From Callorhinchus milii (lineage: Eukaryota): a DNA stretch of 64,000 bases. Below, in pieces: positions 51,236 to 63,543 of this stretch. The stretch covers positions 79,982,001 to 80,046,000 of the forward strand of contig NW_024704743.1 of assembly GCF_018977255.1 (NCBI RefSeq), written 5' to 3'. The notes beneath the pieces are model-generated. The model did no database searches. It saw only the letters and a program-made list of their open reading frames with translations, and was not told where the DNA came from. Position 1 is the stretch's first letter; each line of letters begins with the position of its first letter. A program made the position numbers and the translations under genes.

Positions 51236-52511
51236 ACTGCATTCAGGTGCAAACCCTTAACTGGTCAGGGCCTTGGGATATCCTACCAGCATGAAAGGCG
51301 CTATGCAAATACAATTTGTTGTTGTCCTCCCGGCATGAAAAGTGTTACAAATGTGAAATTGTATTGTACAGTATTCTTTACATTTGATGGCAATGTATAT
51401 CACACACCAAAGAAATACAAATACATTGAGTTGGTGTTAGTTAGGTATGTGCCCACTTGAGTGAATGGGGTGGGACACTTTAAATGGATGTGGGATGAAT
51501 TTGGTGGAATTTGTTGGGTCCAATGATATAAGGGATCCACCCAACGTTATTGCCAGCAAGAAAATGTGTATAGTACAGAGTTTTACTGTGAGAGTGGAGG
51601 AGATTGAGATCCTTAGTATTTCCTTGCCTTCATCTGTATTGAGTTGAAAATTAATTATAAACGTAGGAGGTTTACACTGGAAGCTTTAATGTCCTTGTCA
51701 TGTGAAGGTTTGTGGTCAGCCTCCTCAGCTAGTTGGCTCCTACTTGAAAGTCCCTTTGCTAGTTTCTGGTTCCAGTTTTAAAAGCCGTGCTATTATTTGT
51801 CAGTGCTGTCAGTGGAGTTTCAGAAAATGCTTTGAAATATCTCGAAGATATGATATGGCACTATATCAAATGCAAGGATTATTATTATTATTTCCAATTC
51901 CAGCAGTCAGAGCTGAACTGTCGGTTTCTAGAAGCAGTGGATAATGAATTCCACTCTGAGCTGCTACCCTGGATGGAAAGCGCTATATAAGTGCAAGTTG
52001 TTGTTGAAAAGCGCTATGCAAATGTAATTTTGTTGTTGTATGTGAATGTGGCAATCTTGAAATTGATCCATCCTAGGTAGTGCTGGAGCCTGGAGTGATG
52101 GGAGGGTGTTGTTTGGTACAGGCAGGTGAGAATATAGGTGGTGGAGTTTTGAAATAATTGGATTACCATTTATCTGGAGACATATTACATTTTGCTTTCC
52201 CTGAAGCTTCATTTGGTAAAGTCTCCACCCTTGTCAGAAACTGAGTCATACAGATTAAGACTCTCCCAGATGCAGAGTTAATTGATCTACACCCTTTGTC
52301 TCCGAAAGGCACTGACTCATGCTGTTTGTAGTTCAGGGGTACCAGATACCTTCCCATACTTCACCCCAGTGGTGTGTGGACAGATCATTAAACTATGGAG
52401 ATCATCACAGCCAAACCCAAACCTGGCTTCACTTAATCTTCACATTTTCCAGGACGATCATTGGACCAGGTCTTAGGAACCACTACAGTAGGTAAAGTTA
52501 TGCCTTTAAGT

Positions 52512-52875
52512 GGAGTCCTGTAGCTCTGTGGTTAGAGCACTCATCTCGCAAACAAGTTACCTGGGTTTGATTCCCGGCAGGGCGAAATGTTGGGCAAGTT
52601 TTCCTACTCCACATGTCTCTGTTTACCGAGCAGTAAGTAGGAACCCCATTGTTAGTTGATTGGCAGATCGCTTTTCTGGGGGTAATAAATCCTTCAAAAA
52701 AAAAAAATTGGTCACTCAATCCATGACTATTTGTGAGACACTGCTGTGCGCAATTGGCTGCCGCATTTCTCCCTCAAAATATACAGGATATTCACTTTAC
52801 AGTATATTCTGTGAAGCACTTTGAGACGTCTAGAAGATGTGATAGGGCACTGTATCAAAGCAAGGAATATTATTA
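52512..52875 (+). mobile_element. Full-length family A SINE (long variant)
   Basis: ggagtcctgtagctctgtggttagagc head through gcaaggaatattatt tail. Confidence 0.92.
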
Positions 52876-53038
52876 CTGTTTACCACATTTTTCCTTGCTC
52901 CTGACCAAGCTATGCATGTCAGTCATACACATTTTTTGTTGTTGTAGGAGTTAATATCCTCTCAGCTGGAACTCAATTTTGCCAAAAATGTGTGTGTGCA
53001 CAGGCAAGGAAAGGGTGGGTAGGGGAGGATAGGGTGCA

Positions 53039-53061
53039 CGTGTGTGTGTGTGTGTGTGTGT
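53039..53061. repeat. (TG)n microsatellite
   Basis: Direct reading. Confidence 0.9.
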
Positions 53062-53884
53062 TGGGGGGATGCGGTGAGGAAAGTATAGGGTGCACGTGAG
53101 GGAAATATCTAGGCATAAAGGTTGAGTTTATAAATTGTTACTGACTGTAAAACAAGGAAATCCCATTCACAATATCTGATGTCAGTTTGGAACCTTTTGA
53201 AAGGGCTAGAGAGAACGCAGAACAGACAGTTTCTGCAGCAAGGCCTGTAACCCTTCTGTCAGCAGAAGTATTACTTCATCTGCAACTTTTTCTAATCTAA
53301 TAACCCTATTTGGGAACCCTCTAAATTGTGGCCAATTTCTTCCTTTCCTTCGGAGGGAGAATATTCTGTGTGGGCCTATTCCTGTCCAGTATGGATTTCT
53401 TTGCAGTTTTCTGGGCCATGTTTCAAGTGTCAATTATGAAAACTAATAATGACTTGTACGCTATTGAGAAGAATCAATAAGAGAAATGTCCTTTTTCTGC
53501 AAAGTGTCTGAAAACGATTCTCAGATAGCAGTTACAATCTGAGCAATGAAGAGATTAGACTGTAACCTTGATGTATTATGTCAAGCACCTGCAGCCTTTA
53601 GATTGAAATCGATCAGTGCAATTCAAGAAATTATTAAAAGTGTTAAATGGCTTGGTTACTGATGGATTGCTGCTCTACAAACTTGTGTAAAAATGTCAAT
53701 TGGATCATTGAAAGAATAATAATGCTATCATGGTGCTGTAACCTCTCCCCCTAGCCCCCACCCACACACATACTCTCTCACACACACACACACAGCTGGC
53801 AATGAAAGATCGGAATCAAGTCGATTCTCGGTGGAGTCTTGGTTAGTCTGATAATTGAGCCATGCAGCTCAGTGCTCAAATCCA

Positions 53885-54030
53885 TGTTAACTTTCAAAAA
53901 GGAACTAGACAGATATTTAAAAAGGAGTAAACTACAGGGATATGGGGAAAGGCTAGGTAAATGGGACTGGAAGGATTGCGCACAGACATGATGGGCTGAA
54001 TGGCCTTTTTCTTGCTTTAAATTTCTGCTG
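53885..54030 (+). mobile_element. CR1 3' end relic
   Basis: ttcaaaaaggaactagacagatattt..gggatatgggg..gatgggctgaatggcct. Confidence 0.75.
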
Positions 54031-54372
54031 TTCCAGGGATGGAGCCACCCGGTTTATTAGCAGGACTTGGAGGAGCGGATCAGTCACTGGGAGCTGATTC
54101 TTCCAACTTAGCTTGATAGCCCTGCAAGCCAAAGTCATAATGGCTTGCAGGGTGGTCTAAACTGGACAAGCAACAGGAGTTTATATGCTGTACCATGGTA
54201 GACTACGTGGTTTTAGCTGGTTAAACCACAGCAATATCTCAAAGTACAGTCTGGCATCCTCAAATCACTGCTTTTGCCAATCTGCACTTATATTTTCTAA
54301 GATTAGGTAAATAGGGTGCCTACATCTGGGGGGAAAGTGCACACTACACACCAGAAGAATGAAAAACACCCA

Positions 54373-54645
54373 TACAACAACAAAATTACATTTGTATAGC
54401 GCCTTTCACATTAGGAGCACATTACAGGGCGCTGGACAGTTAGGGATTTGGACCCGAGCTGGCGGATTGGATCAGGAGGGGTGGAGGCGTGGAGTGTAGA
54501 AGTAGGAGGGTGACTGAAAGCACGGTTGAAGAGGGGGGTCTTGAGTCGGGCCTTAAAGAAGGCAAGGGAAGGAGCGAGGCGAAGAGTCTGTGGGAAGGAG
54601 TTCCAAAGGGTGAGGGCAGAGAGGCTGAAGGCACGAATGCTGATG
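54373..54645 (-). mobile_element. L2 3' end
   Basis: aacaacaaaattacatttgtatagcgcctttcac tail followed by the reverse C-terminal coding region. Confidence 0.85.
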
Positions 54646-56310
54646 GTTGGGCGGGAACTGGGGCTAACTGGAAAACGATTAGAAAATCCTGCATGATTTC
54701 TTCCTACCCAGGACAGGAACTAAGGAGATGTCGCCTGTCACTTGGATTCAGATGAGCGACTCTGCACAGATCTCGGGCCGAACTTGGGGACCATTTAGAT
54801 CAGCATGATTCAGTTTCACATCAGGCAGTGGCTTCAAACTCCTGGAGCTATACATTCATTTCAATTTTAATTCATCTCCCTGATCATTTCTCATAACTGA
54901 TGTATTTGGCCAATAAATACATTAATTTATTTATTCATTATTAATGACACCTAAACTCCAAAGCAGAAGACATGTAATCCATGTTGAATAATGAAGGCTT
55001 CTACACCTGTGTATACATACCAGTGTTTCAATACACAGCTTTACCATATCTTATCATTCATTATTGCCCACTTATGTTGATACTGAGTGTTGTACAATGC
55101 GCCACTGAGTGACTGCATTGGTCAAATTTTTCAGCAATGTATTATTTAACACATCACAGATCACAATCTTCACCCCGTTGTTACAGTAGAATTATTAGTT
55201 TCTCTCAGTATGATGGCTAATAATCTCCTAGATAAAACTGGTTATGAACTTCATGGCTGTTTGTGGAACATTGGAGTGCTCAAACTGGTTGCCACATTTG
55301 CCTACAAATACGCAGCCACGACCCTTTGCAGTGAATGCTGTGAAGCACTTTGACACGTCCTCCTGACATGAAAGGTGCTCATTCAAACGTAATCCTGTCC
55401 TTACTCAAATTCCACTTCACAGCGAAGGTCACTGGATTAAGTCTGATGGAAGCATTGAGGCATAAGGCTATAGTTTTTCTGTCCTTTTTGCTTTAAATTG
55501 GCTTGTTGTCTATAATGGGCTGGTCTACAATATGATTTCCCCATCCCTGCATGCTATACAATAGGCAATTGACAAGTAATCACAGCATCACTCATCTAGA
55601 GAAGAGAAAATTCAGCCAGGGCTCCTGTTCAGAGTTGCCTGCTGGAACGTGCACTAATGTAGACGTTGGGTGAGGGCAGGCTCAGACATTGCTCTTATTT
55701 GTTTTATAGTTGAATAACCTGCCACTACTCACTGTCAAGTTTCATTTATGAAGGATGACCACTGGAACGGAGAAATTGGAGGGTGTAGCACATGTGCAAC
55801 TTTACACTGGCCATAAGTCAGCAACGTCAGCAGAACAGGGGAATATTGAAAGTGTTAAAAACCAAAACACACATACAGGAAGATAAAGTAAGGACTGGAG
55901 AGTTTAGAAAGTCAGGCTTTCAACAGAAATGGCAGCAGGTCACAGTGCATTTATCAATTTGTACTTTGACAAGTATGATATAACCAGACAAGCAGGTGCT
56001 ACCCCATATAATTTACTGGACAAGCAACCCATGTGCCATGACTAAGCTACTACATTAAAAGGTTCCACTCTGTGTGTGTCCTGTCTGGTGAGAGATATGA
56101 TCATTAATTCTCTTATTATTTTGCCTACAAAAAACACGAATTACACTTTAGAGTAATTCCTGTGAAGCCCTTTTAGTCATCTTGACATCATGATAATGCA
56201 CTGTATCAGATGCAAGGATTATTATACTCTATTATTAATTAACAGATGCATATGCCCATGCATTATACTTTACGCTGAATGTAGGTGATCCACCACACAT
56301 TGTATGTAGT

Positions 56311-56555
56311 GGAGTCCTTCAGTGGTTAGAGCACTCGCCTCGCAAGTGAGAGATCTGGGTTTGATTCCCGGCAGGGCGAAATATTGGACAAGTTTCCCTA
56401 CTCCACACATCTCTGTTTACCTAGCAGTAAGTAGGAACCCGGTTGTTAATCGATTGGTGGATCGCTTTTCTGGGGGTAATAATTCCTTCAACGAAAAATA
56501 ATAATAAATTTGTCGCTCAATCATGACTTTGTGGGACACTGCTGCGCACAATTGG
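56311..56555 (+). mobile_element. Family A SINE (long variant), 3'-truncated
   Basis: Head and long insert present; stops after gctgcgcacaattgg. Confidence 0.9.
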
Positions 56556-56589
56556 TAGATGTAGTACAGTATATGGCTTGATTGTTGTC

Positions 56590-57731
56590 CATCCTCATAC
56601 ACCGCCTCTCCGCTTTACTCAATCTTCACGGATCTGCCCTTGCCTGGTTCGATTACTATCTCTCTCTCATCGTCTCCACTTCGTTGCCTCTAACGGTTTC
56701 TCCTCCAGCCCCCGCACTGTCATGTCTGGCGTCCCCCAGGGCTCTGTCCTTGGCCCTCTCTTTAATATCTACACGCTCCCCCTTGGTGACATCATCCGCA
56801 GACATGGGGTTAACTTCCACATGTATGTGGATGACACCGAACTCTATCTTTCTGCCTCCACCCTCAACTCCAGGATCACTGCTGCCCTGACAGACTGCCT
56901 GTCGGACATCAAGTTCTGGATGAGGGAAAATTAGGCTCTGGCAACATCAACCTCCATGGTTGCACACTACAACTCACCAAGCCAGTCAGGAACCTCGGTG
57001 TCTTGTTCGACCCTCAACTGTCTTTTCTCCCCCACATTCAAGCCATGACCCGCTTTGCCTTCCCTCACCTCCGTAACATCGCTCGACTCCGCCACTACCT
57101 CACCCCTCAGGCCGCTGAAACTCTTGTTCATGCCTTCATCACCTCCAGGCTCAACTATGCAAATGCCCTGCTTGTCAGCCTTCCCAACTCCTTCCTCCAC
57201 AGGCTGTACATAATCCAGAACTGTGCAGCCTGTGTCCTCTCCCGCACCAAAGTCCGTGACTCCATCTCCCCCACTCTCGCCCGACTCCATTGGCTCCCTA
57301 TCCTTCAGAGGATCTAGTTCAAGATGCTGGTCCTCACATACAAAGCCCTCCATGGCCTCGCCCCACCCTACCTCTGCGACCTCCTAAGCCCCTACCAACC
57401 CACCCGTTCCCTCCGCTCAGCCGGCTCCGGCCTGCTCCACGTCCCCCTGACCCACCCGCCCCACCATTGGAGGGAGAGCTTTCAGCCACTCTGCCCCCAA
57501 ACTCTGGAATTCCATCCCCCAGTCACTCCGCCTCGCCCCCTCCTTAGCCTCCTTCAAGTCCCGCCTCAAGACCCTCTTCTTCGACCATGCCATCGGCCAC
57601 CCCCCTTCCCCTCCCCTCTCTTCTCCCCCCAACCCCAGCTCGGGTCTGCAATGCTGTACTTTGTCCAGCGCCTTGGGACATGCTCCCGACGTGAAAGGCG
57701 CTATACAAATGTAATCTTTTTGTTGTTGTTG
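56590..57731 (+). mobile_element. Young L2 LINE, 5'-truncated
   Basis: SGVPQGSVLGPLF, HMYVDDTELYLS, HLRNIARLRHYL, LHWLPILQRI; tail gaaaggcgctatacaaatgtaatc..(ttg)n. Confidence 0.94.
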
Positions 57732-57919
57732 TACATGTAATGTAGTATAGTGGTTTTGATATACCACATGTTGTATACTGGCTTGTGATGTACCACATGT
57801 AGAATTCTGTTTTGGGGACACTTCAGAAACGGAAGATTGTATTCAGCCAAATGGTGCAGTGACATTAAGCTGTGATTCCGGAAGTTAGGGTATCAGTATG
57901 TACAGACAGAAGTGAAGAA

Positions 57920-58160
57920 ACTGGAACTCCATCCCACGGTCCCTTCGCATCGCTTCCTCCCTTGCCTCCTTCAAGGTCGGTCTGAAGAACTTTCTCTTCG
58001 ACCATGCCTTTGGTCTCCTTCCCACCTCTCTGCCTTCCCTCACCCCTACACCACCCCTTCCCCATGCTCGGGCCCCGACACCTGACTGTTCAGCGCTTTG
58101 GGACGTCCTCCCGATGTGAAAGACACTCTATAAATGTAATTTTGTTGTTGTTGTTGTTGT
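57920..58160 (+). mobile_element. L2 3' end
   Basis: ctggaactccatccc..ttcaaggtcggtctgaag..agcgctttgggacgtcc..(ttg)n. Confidence 0.87.
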
Positions 58161-59400
58161 AACTGCTTTACAATGACTGGCCAGGAGACCAGAATGGATG
58201 TATGTAATCACTCAGAGAACCAGGAATTCACCATCTTAATCTGTCTAACATCTCCAGTCTGTGTAATAAAATTTGTACAGATATGATGAAGCATCCACTG
58301 TGATCTGTTTGTCTGCTGCACTTAATTTCCTTTCAGCAGTTTAGAATGCCATAGGATCAAAAATAAGATTTTGGCACCCTGCATTTTTTTTGCCTTGAGC
58401 ACAACACCTCGTTTGTAAATATTAGATTGCAAGATTCAAGTACAAGGAATCGCTAATCCCAAATGTGTCTGAAAAGAGTTACGAGCAAAATGGCTGTGAT
58501 TGTTTCAGTCTCTGGCTGGCTTGTAATTCACAGTTTGCCAAAATTGACGACTCAGAATGAACGTAATAAATCCGGTTTGTGACAATTGCATATTAGACAC
58601 TACTGTAACATTTACATTCAAGTCTTTTGGTATTTTTGTAGATAATAGTAACAATAATAATAATATAACTACTTGCATTTGATATAGTAGTTGTCGTTTC
58701 AAAACATCACAACCGCTTTACAGATAGCTGCTTTAAAGTGTAGCGATTGTGTATTTGTAGGCGAAAATAACAAGTCTATTTGCACACAGCAATGTTCCTC
58801 AAACAGCTAAGAAACAAATGAACAAATTATCTGGAGGATTGTTGGAGAAATAACAGATAATAGCAATAATATCATTTGAATAGTATCACTTTAATGTCAA
58901 CAACAACAACTTGTACTTATATAGCACCTACACACAAGGTAGCTGCCCTCCTTATGTAGCTCCCTTCATGCACGTCCACCTGAACAGACAGCCAGGACCT
59001 TGTTTTTAATGACTCATCTGAAGGACAGCATCTTCATCTTTGAACCTTCTTATTCCAAAGTGAAAGTATCACCAACTGAGCCCAGATGACATTTTCATGA
59101 GGATGATAAGGATAAATGCTGCTTCCATTTCCATTCTGTTTCGTTGAGATGATTGTCTCCTCTTTTCTAAACTGACCGTTTGCTGAGTGAGTTTCACAGC
59201 CAGAATGTCATCAGCCTCCCTTATTTGCCTCACCCCAATGGCCATTGTTCATGGTGAGTAACGCTATTTGAATTTGGAGGAAACACAGGCCCAATTCTGC
59301 TCTTAGCCAGTGACCACACATAAACACGTCCTAGCATAGGTCTCTGGATAGTAAACTCTGAGAAGGTGAGTGAGGGACGGGGGAAAGAGAAATTTTGGCT

Positions 59401-59586
59401 GGATCCATACTTACTGCATCTTAGCATTTCAAAGCATGCAGAATTTGCCAATTTCTTAAGTCCAGTGTTAATTTTGAAGCTCTCTATCTGTAGGTTATTT
59501 TAAGATCTGAAAATTAAGACTACATTAAAGAATTTGCCAAATTCTACCTGCTTTGAAACGTTATGAAACTATGTAAATGTAAACCC
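59401..59586. repeat. Degenerate long palindrome (MITE-like relic)
   Basis: 59425-59475 aligns without gaps to the reverse complement of 59510-59560 with about 10 mismatches. Confidence 0.7.
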
Positions 59587-60944
59587 AGGTGGATTTTTTT
59601 TACCCCAAGAGCAAAAGCAGAGACTGATTCTTTCCATCCCCATGGACCCCCACTCTAGGGATCAAGGGCAATTGTAGCCCCCAAACTGCTATCCCATCTG
59701 AGATGAGTTACTCAGCTCAGTGGAACCTGTGACCTTTTGGGCTGCAGTGCTGCATGCAATAAATGGCAGTGCGTCAGCCCTCAGCTCTTTATCCTTATCG
59801 TATGCTTCCCATTGATGGGCGTCCCTGAAGAGCACGACAATGTCACTGCAAACCTCATGCATTTGCATTGTTTCCAGACAATGATAGCACCTGAAGGAGA
59901 CATTGATTTATTTCAGAGCACTTACCAGTGAATTTTATTGAATTCAACTCGAGACAAGCTGCATTAAAAATGCAAGGTGCTGGGGTTCTGACATGTTGCC
60001 TATCAGTCATCTGCCAGAAGCTGTTAGGGATGGTATGATTAAAATTAGCAAGGTCTGGAAAAAAATATTTTATTCTGTGCACACAGTAGCTTTTCTTTAT
60101 TGGTTTTTAATTGTTGTCCTGTTAGTTTCATCTGAATCTTCATGTGCTTGCCTTATTTTGTTACTTGTGACTGCTGTAACTGTAGTTCAACCACACGTTT
60201 TTGTCTTTCATTAAAGTCAAAAACATTTTTTTTTGGTGTTTATAATCTCACCTATTCTTGTGCCACACCAGCTAACATCTGAAGAAGAATTGCCACTTTG
60301 CTTCTGCTCTATGGAGCTCCCTCCTTAACTCAATCCGCCTTGCACTCTGCCTCTCATCTTACAAAATCTTTCTAAAAAAAACTGCCTCTTGACAGTGCTT
60401 TCAGTCATCTCCCTCCAACCCCCTTCCCCCTCCCATCTCCCACCCTGCTCAAGCCCCCACTCCATCTCTGCCTAGTGTTTTGATATGTTTAATTAAGAGC
60501 ATGAATTAAAAAGAGAAAGAACTTTTGTTTTTATTGTGCTCCCTTATCATGTGAAAATATCTCAAAACACTTTACAGTAATTACTGCCAAGAGCAGTAAC
60601 TTTGTTGTGGGTAAATGCGGCAGACGAGGTTCCACAAACAGTCAAAATCTTCATGAACTTCACAATTGAGAACTTTCTCTTGCTTTGAAGCATGGTAGGC
60701 CCAAAATTCCACTTAATCTTAGCCTCCGAGACAATATTGCCTTAAAATTTAAGATTATGAAAAACTGGAAAATCCCTCGATTAATTCTAGAAACCAGTTT
60801 CTTTTTAAGAGCTGCTGAGTGGTATTTTTTTAGAAAGGTTTTAAAAGTGGGGAGGGAGAATGCAAGGCAGACAGAGTAAAAGAGGGAATTCCAGAGAGCA
60901 GAGGGAAAATAGCAATTCTTCATTAGATGTTAGTCGGATGAACT

Positions 60945-61265
60945 CATAGTCTAGGCTGACACTCCAATGCAATGCTGGGGTGCACTTACTGCTGGAGACG
61001 TTGTCCTTTGGATGAGATGTTAAATCAAAGTCCTGTTCAGGAGATCATTAAAGTCCATGGCACTATGGCATGACACTTCGAAAAGAGATGGGAGTTTCTC
61101 CCGGTATCCCGGACAGCAATGCCCCAAATAAAATTGGTTACTTATTTTGCGGCTGCTTGTGGGACATTGCTGTGCACAATTTAACTGCCTCTTTGCTCAT
61201 GTAATACACAATCAGGGCACTTTACAATATATTGTGAAATGCTTTGAGACATCCTCCTGACGTGA
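60945..61265 (+). mobile_element. DeuSINE/SacSINE1-like body and tail
   Basis: catagtctaggctgacactcc..ggatgagatgttaaa..tgtgggacattgctgtgcac..gctttgagac. Confidence 0.7.
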
Positions 61266-61412
61266 ACTTGAGGAATCCTCCACTATCTCATTCAAATGGC
61301 TATTGTATGCGTGTGAGACTGATAGTGATTGCCGTAGACTATTTAATCAAATAGAAAATCCTGATCCTGTAATCACTCCAAATACATGACGTTCCTACAA
61401 TTAGGAATTACC

Positions 61413-61620
61413 TTGGCTCAGTTGGTGGCAATCTTGCCTTTGGGTCAGAATGTTATGGGTTCAAGCTCCACATCAGAACTTTGAGCTTATAGTGTTGGCT
61501 GATACTCCAAAAAGGTGCAGGGGGAAGCGTTGATTTATCAGAGATGCAATCCTTCCGATGAGACATTAAACCAAGGTCCTGTCTCACTATTCAGATGGAA
61601 ATTAAAGAGCCCATGGCACT
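61413..61620 (+). mobile_element. DeuSINE/SacSINE1-like head and core
   Basis: tggctcagttggtggca..gggttcaag..gatgagacattaaaccaaggtcc. Confidence 0.7.
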
Positions 61621-61644
61621 GTTGGCTGCAGCCGAAAACATTTG

Positions 61645-62470
61645 TGGTATGGTCGGGTGTGGGCAATGTGGCGGAGGTGGAGTAAGGCAGTTCTGGTCAG
61701 GGACCGGATGTGGGGGAGGAAGAACAGCTGGGGGTTGAACCGGACGCCTAGATTGCATACTGATTTGGTGAATCTGAGGGAGAGCCCAGGGAGGTTGAGG
61801 AGTTTAGATCTGCAGAAGTGAAGATGTTGATGGAAGCCAAAGAGTATGGCTATTGTCTTGTCCACATTCAGCTGCAGGACGTTTGCACTCATCCAGGCCC
61901 TGATGTCTGGCAGGCAAGCTGATAGAACATTGGCAGACTTGGAGTCAATATTGGAGGAGGCAAAGTGGATTTGTGTGTCATCTGCATAGATGTGGACGTT
62001 TACACAGTGTCTCTTCGACCATGCCATAAGCCACCCCCCTTCCCCTCCCCTCCCTTCCCCCCCCAACCCCAGCTCGGGTCTGAAATGCTGTACTCTGTCC
62101 AGCACCTTGGGACATCCTCCCGACGTGAAAAGCGCTACCCAAATGTAATCTTCTTGTTGTCTGCGGATGACATTACCAAGATGGAGCATGTAGATTAGGA
62201 AAAGAAGGGGATCAAAGATGGAGCCCTGGGGTACCCCGCAGGTGACTGGTCGGGGGTGGGAGGAGAAAACCATTTGTTGAGATGAAATGGAGGCGGTTGG
62301 TTAAGTAGGATTTGAATCATGCAAGTGCGGTCCCACTAAGGTGGATGAGGGAGGAGAAGTGGTGGAGGGGGACGGCGTGGTCGACTGTGTCAAACGCGGC
62401 AGAGAGATCCAGGAGGATGAGGAGGCAAAGGGAACCCAGGTCACAAATAGAGAGGACGCTGTTTGTGATC
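61645..62470 (-). mobile_element. L2 RT fragment interrupted by an antisense L2 3' end
   Basis: CGVPQGSIF, IYADDTQIHF; closely resembles 4290-5250. Confidence 0.9.
62013..62157 (+). mobile_element. Young L2 3' end nested in L2
   Basis: tgtct duplicated at 62008-62012 and 62158-62162; matches 57577-57731. Confidence 0.9.
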
Positions 62471-62489
62471 ATAGTTGTTTTTTAAATCA

Positions 62490-62660
62490 CTTCGCCCCTC
62501 GCCTCTTTAAGGTCCGCTCAAGACCTTCCTCTTTGAGCCAACTTCAGGCATCATCCCACCCCCATCCTTCTCGAGCCCAACCCCCAGCTCAGGTGAAAAC
62601 CCTTGACTGTCCAGCGCCTTGGGACATCCTCTGACATGAAAGGTATTGTATATATGAAAT
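62490..62660 (+). mobile_element. L2 3' end
   Basis: tttaaggtccgctcaagaccttcctcttt..ccagcgccttgggacatcc..tgaaagg. Confidence 0.8.
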
Positions 62661-63451
62661 ATATTTTTGTTTAATATGATGGGAGCATAAATGAGGGTCT
62701 CAGTGGCCTGTGGGGAAAGATACTGGCAGATGCGGGCAATGTTACAGGGAAAGCTGAGGGGGTAGCAGCAACGATGTAAGGTTTTAAGTACAGGTGTGGG
62801 GCATGGAATGGGGTTTACAGACATTTTGCGAATTGCTTTGAAACTTTATAGATGCTATATCAAATGGAAGTAATAGCTTTACAAATCACTATATAACAAT
62901 CATGAAAAGGATTGCTGTATGATATTTTGACTCTCTAGACTAATTGTGATTTCAATGTCCCTCCAGACTCACTCAATACAGCCTATTTCATTCAGGTCTG
63001 TATGTTCATTGCATTAGGCAGTGCCTCTACCCACTGGACCATTAGAGAAGCTCAGTGAATTCTGCCCTATCATTGTGTCAGTTTATGCTGACTTTCTGTT
63101 GCCCTGTCCTTCAATGCCCACATTGTGCTACTCTGGTTCAATGTCTCCAATTTGATCAAACCGATAATCAGTAAATAGTAAACATCAGTCTGGTCTCCTA
63201 ATGTGAGAAGTGCAATCCTTCTTATGCGCATTCCTGGGAATACAAGCTAATGTGTGTCCGATAGGGGGAGGAAAGACTGTCTCTCTAGCTAATGGCTCTC
63301 CTTTGTCATGGGCTGTGAATCTGGCGTTTGGACTCCGTTTCTTGTTAATAATTGCTGGGATTAATCTCTGGGTGACTCCTCTTTCTATCGTATGGATAGA
63401 TCTCTGGAATCTGCTTGTAGTGGGCCTGGCAATTGGATCTTTACTCTTGTC

Positions 63452-63543
63452 TACAGTCAATTCACTTTACAGTATATTCTGTGAAGCACTTTGAGATGTC
63501 TCGAAGACATGATAAGGCGCTATATGAAATGCAAGGATTATTA
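63452..63543 (+). mobile_element. Family A SINE 3' tail fragment
   Basis: tacagtcaattcactttacagtatattctgtgaagcactttgag..gcaaggattatta. Confidence 0.9.
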
